From: Elusimicrobiota bacterium
Lineage (GTDB): Bacteria > Elusimicrobiota > Elusimicrobia > UBA1565 > UBA9628
Length of the DNA: 64,000 nt
Direction: 5' to 3'
NCBI GenBank assembly: GCA_016182905.1
Contig: JACPFR010000044.1
Span: 59,000 to 122,999, forward strand
Both the position numbers and the translations under genes were made by a program. The notes beneath the pieces are model-generated. The model searched no databases. It was given only the letters and a program-made list of their open reading frames with translations, and was not told where the DNA came from. Position 1 is the stretch's first letter; every line of letters starts with the position of its first letter. Positions 57,341 through 64,000 of this stretch are shown piece by piece.

Positions 57341-58204
57341 CTAATGCAACGCGTCGAGCCGCTCGACCATGCCGTAGGTCCGCAAGAAGGCGAGGGACCG
57401 GGAGAGGAGTATCCCGTGCTGCTTCCGCCGTCCGGGCTGCCGGAGCAGCTCCCGACGGAACCCGTAGGCGTCCCGGATCCCCGCGTCCGCGTACATCTGC
57501 GGGTTGTAGAACGACTGGAGGGTGAAGGAGACGTACTCCTTGAGCTGGCCGCGGAAGACCGCCTCTTCCTCGGGGCCCAAGCGGCCGAGCAGCGCGTGAA
57601 GGTGCCGGGCGATCTGCCGGCCGGCGGCGATGTGCCTCGATTCGTCGGCGTGGTGCGCCGCGTTCAGGGCGCGGACGATCGGGGGCAGCCGCGCGTCCCC
57701 GCTCATCCGGATGTTGAAATGATCCCCGATCTCCTCGAATATGAGGATGCGCAGGAACACCAGGAAGAGGTCGAGCTCGGGGCGGATGTCGTCCTCCGAG
57801 ACGCTGACCGTCGAATCGGGATAGATCTTGCCGTACCGCCGGCAGAATTCCGAGAAGAACCACATGTGGTGGTTCTCTTCAGCGATGAACCGGTGGAAGA
57901 AATCGGAAGGGACCTCGAAGCCGCCCGTGTGGATGTGCCGGCTGATCACCATGATCAGCTCGCGCTCGCCGTGAAGGGTCAGGCTGAAGAAATTCAGGAG
58001 CGCGCGCCGGCTGAGCGCCTTCAGGGTCCGCTCGTCGAGGACGTCCATCAGCGGCGTGCCGTGGACGGACATGAGCTCCGGCGGCATCAGCCATTCGTCC
58101 TCGCCGATGCTTCCCGGCCATGCGAAGCGGCGGCGAGGATCGCAGTCGCGCTCGATCGAGCTCGCCGTCAGCTTCTCCAGAACCGCCGCGTAGGCCTCGC
58201 TCAT
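57341..58204 (-). CDS. Ferritin-like di-iron oxygenase of the AurF/CmlI (arylamine N-oxygenase) family
   Basis: Two ExxH motifs plus an extra His (EENHH, EEIGDH, HADESRH). 287 aa. First gene of the operon with the carrier protein and ligase. Confidence 0.6.
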   Translation of the reverse strand: MSEAYAAVLEKLTASSIERDCDPRRRFAWPGSIGEDEWLMPPELMSVHGTPLMDVLDERTLKALSRRALLNFFSLTLHGERELIMVISRHIHTGGFEVPSDFFHRFIAEENHHMWFFSEFCRRYGKIYPDSTVSVSEDDIRPELDLFLVFLRILIFEEIGDHFNIRMSGDARLPPIVRALNAAHHADESRHIAAGRQIARHLHALLGRLGPEEEAVFRGQLKEYVSFTLQSFYNPQMYADAGIRDAYGFRRELLRQPGRRKQHGILLSRSLAFLRTYGMVERLDALH

Positions 58205-58390
58205 GACCCCTCCTCCGACTCGCGCGCCTGAGCGGTAGTGTAGTCCGGCGCGGCCGGGAATCCCATTCGCGCTGTGTCATGATTTTATATGCGCCGGCTT
58301 CAAACCGCCAGAGATTACAGGCCGCCGCCTCATCGGATTGTTTGACCTAAATCAACTAACGACCCTCGATGCCGTGATAGAATCGGGCTT

Positions 58391-59121
58391 ATGGAAGCCA
58401 ACTGCGCCTCGAAGCGTTCGTGCCGGTTATTCGAGTTCCTCGAGTCCTCGATCGGCAAAAAAATCATGGTCGCCGCGGCGGGGATACTCCTGTGCGGCTT
58501 CCTCGTCACCCACCTCGCCGGGAACCTGCTGATGTTCGCCGGCGGCTCGGCCTTCGACCGTTACGCCGAGGCGCTGGAGCACAACCCGCTGCTTCCGATC
58601 GCCGAGCTCGGCCTCGCGGCGCTGTTCCTCCTTCACATAGTCCTCTCCATCCGGGCCACGCTCGCCAACCGGGCCGCCCGCCCCGAGGGCTACCAGGTCT
58701 ATAAGGGAAAGGGCGCGCGCACGCCCGGCTCGCGCACGATGGCGATCACGGGGCTGCTCATCCTCGCCTTCGTCATCGTCCACGTCGCGACCTTCAAGTA
58801 CGACGTCGGCGGCCTGAAGGGCCAGATCGCGGGACAGGAGGAAAGCCTTTTCTCCCACGTGGTCGGCTGGTTCGCCAATCCCTGGTACTCGATCTTCTAC
58901 GTCGTCGCGGTCGGCGGGGTGGGACTGCACCTGTCCCACGGCGTGCAGAGCGCCCTGCAGACCTTCGGCGTGAATCACCCCCGCTACACGCCGGCGCTGA
59001 AGAAGCTCGGCCTGGCGTTCGCCTTCCTGATCTTCGCGGGCTTCGCGTCTTTGCCCGTTTATTTCGGCTTTATCCACAAGACCGCGGACGCCTGCTGCGC
59101 GCAGGTCGAAGGAGGCTCCAA

Positions 59122-59125
<4 letters not shown>
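58391..59125 (+). CDS. sdhC: Succinate dehydrogenase / fumarate reductase cytochrome b subunit (single 5-helix type)
   Basis: [16 protein letters not shown]. Conserved heme-ligand His residues in transmembrane helices. Confidence 0.8.
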
Positions 59126-61035
<1,910 letters not shown>

Positions 61036-61036
61036 C

Positions 61037-61783
61037 ATGAACATCACTCTGAAGGTCTGGCGCCAGAAGAACGCCTCCGAGCCCGGCGCGCTCGTCCAGT
61101 ACGACGTCAAGGGGATCGTCCCCGAGATGTCCTTCCTCGAGATGCTCGACACCCTCAACGAGCAGCTGCTGGCCAAGGGCGAGGACCCCCTCGCCTTCGA
61201 CAGCGACTGCCGCGAGGGCATCTGCGGCATGTGCGACCTCATCATCGACGGCCAGGCGCACGGGCCCGACAAGGGTGCCACGACCTGCCAGCTCCACATG
61301 CGCAGATATAAGGACGGCGACGTCGTCACGGTGGAGCCCTTCCGCTCGAAGGCCTTCCCCATCGTCAAGGACCTCGTCGTCGACCGCTCCGCCTTCGACC
61401 GCATCCAGGCCGCCGGCGGCTTCGTCTCCATCAACACCGGCAACGCGGTGGACGGGAACAACATCCTGATCCCGCACGACAAGGCCGAGAAGGCCATGGA
61501 CGCCGCCGCCTGCATCGGCTGCGGAGCATGCGTGGCCGCCTGCCCGAACGCCTCGGCGATGCTGTTCGTCGCGGCCAAGGTCAGCCAGTACGCGCTGCTG
61601 CCCCAGGGCCAGCCCGAGCGCGAGAAGCGCGTGCTCGCGATGCGCGAGGCGATGGACGCCGAGGGCTTCGGCCACTGCACGAACGAGTACGAGTGCGAGG
61701 CCGCCTGCCCGAAGGAGATCAAGATCAGCAATATCGCGCGGCTGAACCGAGAGTTCCTGCGCGCGACATTGGTTTCCGAATAA
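61037..61783 (+). CDS. sdhB: Succinate dehydrogenase / fumarate reductase iron-sulfur subunit
   Basis: 2Fe-2S motif CREGICGMC and 4Fe-4S motifs [12 protein letters not shown] / CEAACP. Confidence 0.9.
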   Translation: MNITLKVWRQKNASEPGALVQYDVKGIVPEMSFLEMLDTLNEQLLAKGEDPLAFDSDCREGICGMCDLIIDGQAHGPDKGATTCQLHMRRYKDGDVVTVEPFRSKAFPIVKDLVVDRSAFDRIQAAGGFVSINTGNAVDGNNILIPHDKAEKAMDAAACIGCGACVAACPNASAMLFVAAKVSQYALLPQGQPEREKRVLAMREAMDAEGFGHCTNEYECEAACPKEIKISNIARLNREFLRATLVSE

Positions 61784-61795
61784 ACGTCGACACGA

Positions 61796-62164
61796 GTGCT
61801 CTTAAACGAGGATTTCGGGGTCACGCAGGCCAAACTCGAAGACCTTAAGGCTCGTATTCTTCGTCTAAAGATCGACCTCCGCCTCGTCGAGGAGTCGTTC
61901 TCGCGCGGCGGAGGCAAGGGCGGTCAGAAGGTCAACAAGACCTCCAACCGGGTCCAGCTGTGCTATCCTCCGCACGATATCCGCGTGGCCTGCCAGCGCG
62001 AGCGAAAGCGCAGCCTCAACCGCTTCCTCGCCCTGCGCGAGCTCGTGGACCGGATCGAGATGAAGACCTCCCCCGAGACCTCCGCGCGCCTGCACGAGAT
62101 GGAGCGCCTGCGCCGCCGCAAGGCCCGCGCCCGCGCGCGCTCGGCGGAGAAGCACGCCGCATGA
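61796..62164 (+). CDS. ArfB/YaeJ-like peptidyl-tRNA hydrolase (RF-1 domain, GGQ motif)
   Basis: SRGGGKGGQKVNKTSNRVQL with basic C-terminal tail. GTG start. 122 aa. Confidence 0.7.
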   Translation: MLLNEDFGVTQAKLEDLKARILRLKIDLRLVEESFSRGGGKGGQKVNKTSNRVQLCYPPHDIRVACQRERKRSLNRFLALRELVDRIEMKTSPETSARLHEMERLRRRKARARARSAEKHAA

Positions 62165-63618
62165 CCCGCGCTCTCGCCGTCGCGATGCTTCTCATCGCGC
62201 TCGCCGCCCCGGCGCGCGCCCAGCGCCCCCCGGTCGAGCGCACCGACGCCGCCGCGCGGGAACTCGCCGCCGACGTGAAGGCCTCCCCGACGACGCCGGA
62301 CAACATAAAGGAACGCATGGACCGGCTCATGCATTTCGCGATGGCCAGCGGCCGGCCCCAGCGCTATCTGAGCAGGGAGAAGGCCCATGCCGTCCAGAAG
62401 GTCGCCGTCGCGGGCCGGTTCCGGGACGCCGCGAAGATGGTCGATCAGCTTTATCTCGAAGCCGCTGCGGCGAGCGAGCGCGAGCCGGAGCCGCCTGAGC
62501 CGCCGATGGACCAGCCGTTCGGCGAGCGCCCGATCGTGGGCCCTGGCCACGACACCCCGGTCATGCTCTCCCAGCTGCCCCAGGCCCGCCCCATCGAGTC
62601 GGCGCCGGCCGCGGCCGCCCCGCCCGCGCTGCTGGCCGCCCCCGCCGAGCCGCTCCCGGCCGTCGAGACCCCCGCGCCGGAGGCGAGGCCGCGCCCCCGC
62701 CGCCTCCTCCTGCTCGGGTCTGCGCTGTTCGCGCTCGCGGGCGCGCTGATCGCCTTCGCGGCCTGGAAGGCCCGCCCCAAGGCGGAGAGCGCCGAGCCGA
62801 GGCAGTCGCTGACCGACAAGTACGCCCTCGGCCCCCTGATCACCGCCGGCGGCATGGGCGAGGTCTACGAGGGACAGGACCTCACCTTGGGACGGAAGGT
62901 GGCGCTGAAGAGGATGCTGCCGGACCTGAAGCTCGACGCCGCCCTGCGCATGCAGTTCCTCAACGAGGCGAAGACCGTCGCGAGGCTCACCCACCCCTAC
63001 ATCGTCCAGATCCACGACTGCATGGAGAACGGCGAGGACGTCTACCTCGTCTTCGAGTTCGTCAAAGGCCGGACTTTGGCCCAGGTCCTGACCGAGAAGC
63101 CGCGCCTGCCCCTCAAGGAATGCTTGAAGATCTTCTCCTACGTCTGCCCGGCCATCGAGCACGCGCACAAGAACCACGTCCTTCACCGCGACCTCAAGCC
63201 CGCCAACATCATGATCGACGACAACGGCATCGCGCGCGTCATGGATTTCGGCATCGCGCTGGAGTCCACGCGCACGGCCGCGAGCGTCGGGCCCGGCCAC
63301 CTCGACGCCTCGGGGACCCTGCGCTACATGCCGCCGGAGCAGCACTACGGCAAGAGCGTACGCGCCTCGGACGTCTACGCGATGGGCGTCTGCCTCTACG
63401 AGATGACGACCGGGACTTTGCCCTTCGCCGCGGGCGGCGTCGAGGAGCTCATCGAGCAGAAGCGCGCCCGCCGCTTCCCGGCGCCGAGCTACTTGGTCCC
63501 GGGCCTTCCCCGGGAGCTCGACCTCTTCGTGACCTCGGTCCTGGCCCCGGACCCGCAGCAGCGGATGGGCAGCGCGCTGGAGTTCCTCGAGCTCCTCGAG
63601 GGGGTCGCCGCCGCGTGA
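62161..63618 (+). CDS. Transmembrane Hanks-type Ser/Thr protein kinase with N-terminal secreted sensor region
   Basis: ATGA overlap with the ArfB-like gene. Signal peptide and transmembrane helix. Kinase motifs GGMGEVY, VALK, HRDLKPANIM, DFG, RYMPPE. Confidence 0.85.
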   Translation: MTRALAVAMLLIALAAPARAQRPPVERTDAAARELAADVKASPTTPDNIKERMDRLMHFAMASGRPQRYLSREKAHAVQKVAVAGRFRDAAKMVDQLYLEAAAASEREPEPPEPPMDQPFGERPIVGPGHDTPVMLSQLPQARPIESAPAAAAPPALLAAPAEPLPAVETPAPEARPRPRRLLLLGSALFALAGALIAFAAWKARPKAESAEPRQSLTDKYALGPLITAGGMGEVYEGQDLTLGRKVALKRMLPDLKLDAALRMQFLNEAKTVARLTHPYIVQIHDCMENGEDVYLVFEFVKGRTLAQVLTEKPRLPLKECLKIFSYVCPAIEHAHKNHVLHRDLKPANIMIDDNGIARVMDFGIALESTRTAASVGPGHLDASGTLRYMPPEQHYGKSVRASDVYAMGVCLYEMTTGTLPFAAGGVEELIEQKRARRFPAPSYLVPGLPRELDLFVTSVLAPDPQQRMGSALEFLELLEGVAAA

Positions 63619-64000
63619 AGTACTTCACGCCCGAGGAGGCCGACGCCCTCATCCCTGAGTTGGAGAGGATATTCTCGGCCGTGGCCGGCCTCGCCGCCAC
63701 GGCCGAGCTGAAGGCCGCGAGCCTGCGCAAGCGCCAGCTGAGCGGCGACGCCGACGAGGCCGGATCGGCCATCGAGCGGTCCCAACTCCAGTTCCTCGCC
63801 TCGGGCATCAACGACTGGATGCAGAAGATCGTGGAGCTCGGCGCCCTGCCCAAGGGCGTGGAGCCGGCCCTCGTGGACTTCCCCTCGAAGGTCGACGGGC
63901 GCGAGGCCTACCTGTGCTGGAAGCTCGGCGAGAAGAAGGTCTCGCACTACCACCCGGTCAACGAAGGGTTCTCCACGCGCAAGCCGCTCCCCAAGCGCCG
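63615..64000 (+). CDS. DUF2203-like conserved hypothetical protein (3'-truncated by the window end)
   Basis: GTGA overlap with the kinase stop. VKYFTPEEADALIPELERIF ... The ORF runs off the end of the window. Confidence 0.5.
   Translation, partial: MKYFTPEEADALIPELERIFSAVAGLAATAELKAASLRKRQLSGDADEAGSAIERSQLQFLASGINDWMQKIVELGALPKGVEPALVDFPSKVDGREAYLCWKLGEKKVSHYHPVNEGFSTRKPLPKR

Overview
This is a high-GC window (roughly 70% GC, GC3-biased) from a diderm, Gram-negative-type bacterium. The evidence for that is an AsmA-family protein, an LpxD paralog, outer-membrane beta-barrels, lipoproteins and Wolinella/Bacillus-type SdhCAB. Most long all-Arg/Ala ORFs in the six-frame track are antisense or out-of-frame artefacts of the GC bias. 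I called about 70 real features and found no CRISPR array, rRNA, transposase or integrase.

From start to end the window contains:
- A 5'-truncated PD-(D/E)xK nuclease-domain protein, an AbiEi/AbiEii toxin-antitoxin pair with a palindromic operator, and tRNA-Phe(GAA).
- Two tandem subtilisin (S8) paralogs with shared TAGGCCTA motif arrays upstream, followed by secreted ankyrin-repeat and TPR proteins.
- A roughly 12-kb minus-strand gene array with many 4-bp start/stop overlaps. It mixes two orphan receiver domains, an HExxH membrane protein, a CTP-dependent polyprenol-kinase-like protein, a GT4 glycosyltransferase, AsmA, a PyrE-like phosphoribosyltransferase, an MFS transporter, PurB, an RlmI-like methyltransferase and a Cas4/RecB-like nuclease.
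- A lower-GC gcvT-gcvH-gcvP-lipB-like operon.
- A PilZ / pseudo-receiver beta-propeller / outer-membrane-protein-with-LysM operon.
- Peptidoglycan-turnover genes: a C39-like/NlpC-P60 hydrolase, a Mur ligase and an Amidase_3.
- A DUF222-HNH endonuclease in a low-GC patch.
- sdhCAB, an ArfB-like rescue factor and a Hanks-type Ser/Thr kinase.

The most interesting candidate system is a compact cluster at 54.6-58.2 kb. It encodes an LpxD-like N-acyltransferase paralog, an Sfp-type phosphopantetheinyl transferase (PPTase), a truncated seryl-tRNA-synthetase-like amino-acid:carrier-protein ligase, a dedicated 89-aa carrier protein and an AurF-like di-iron oxygenase. Together these predict a carrier-protein-tethered aminoacyl modification and transfer pathway that has not been described as such.
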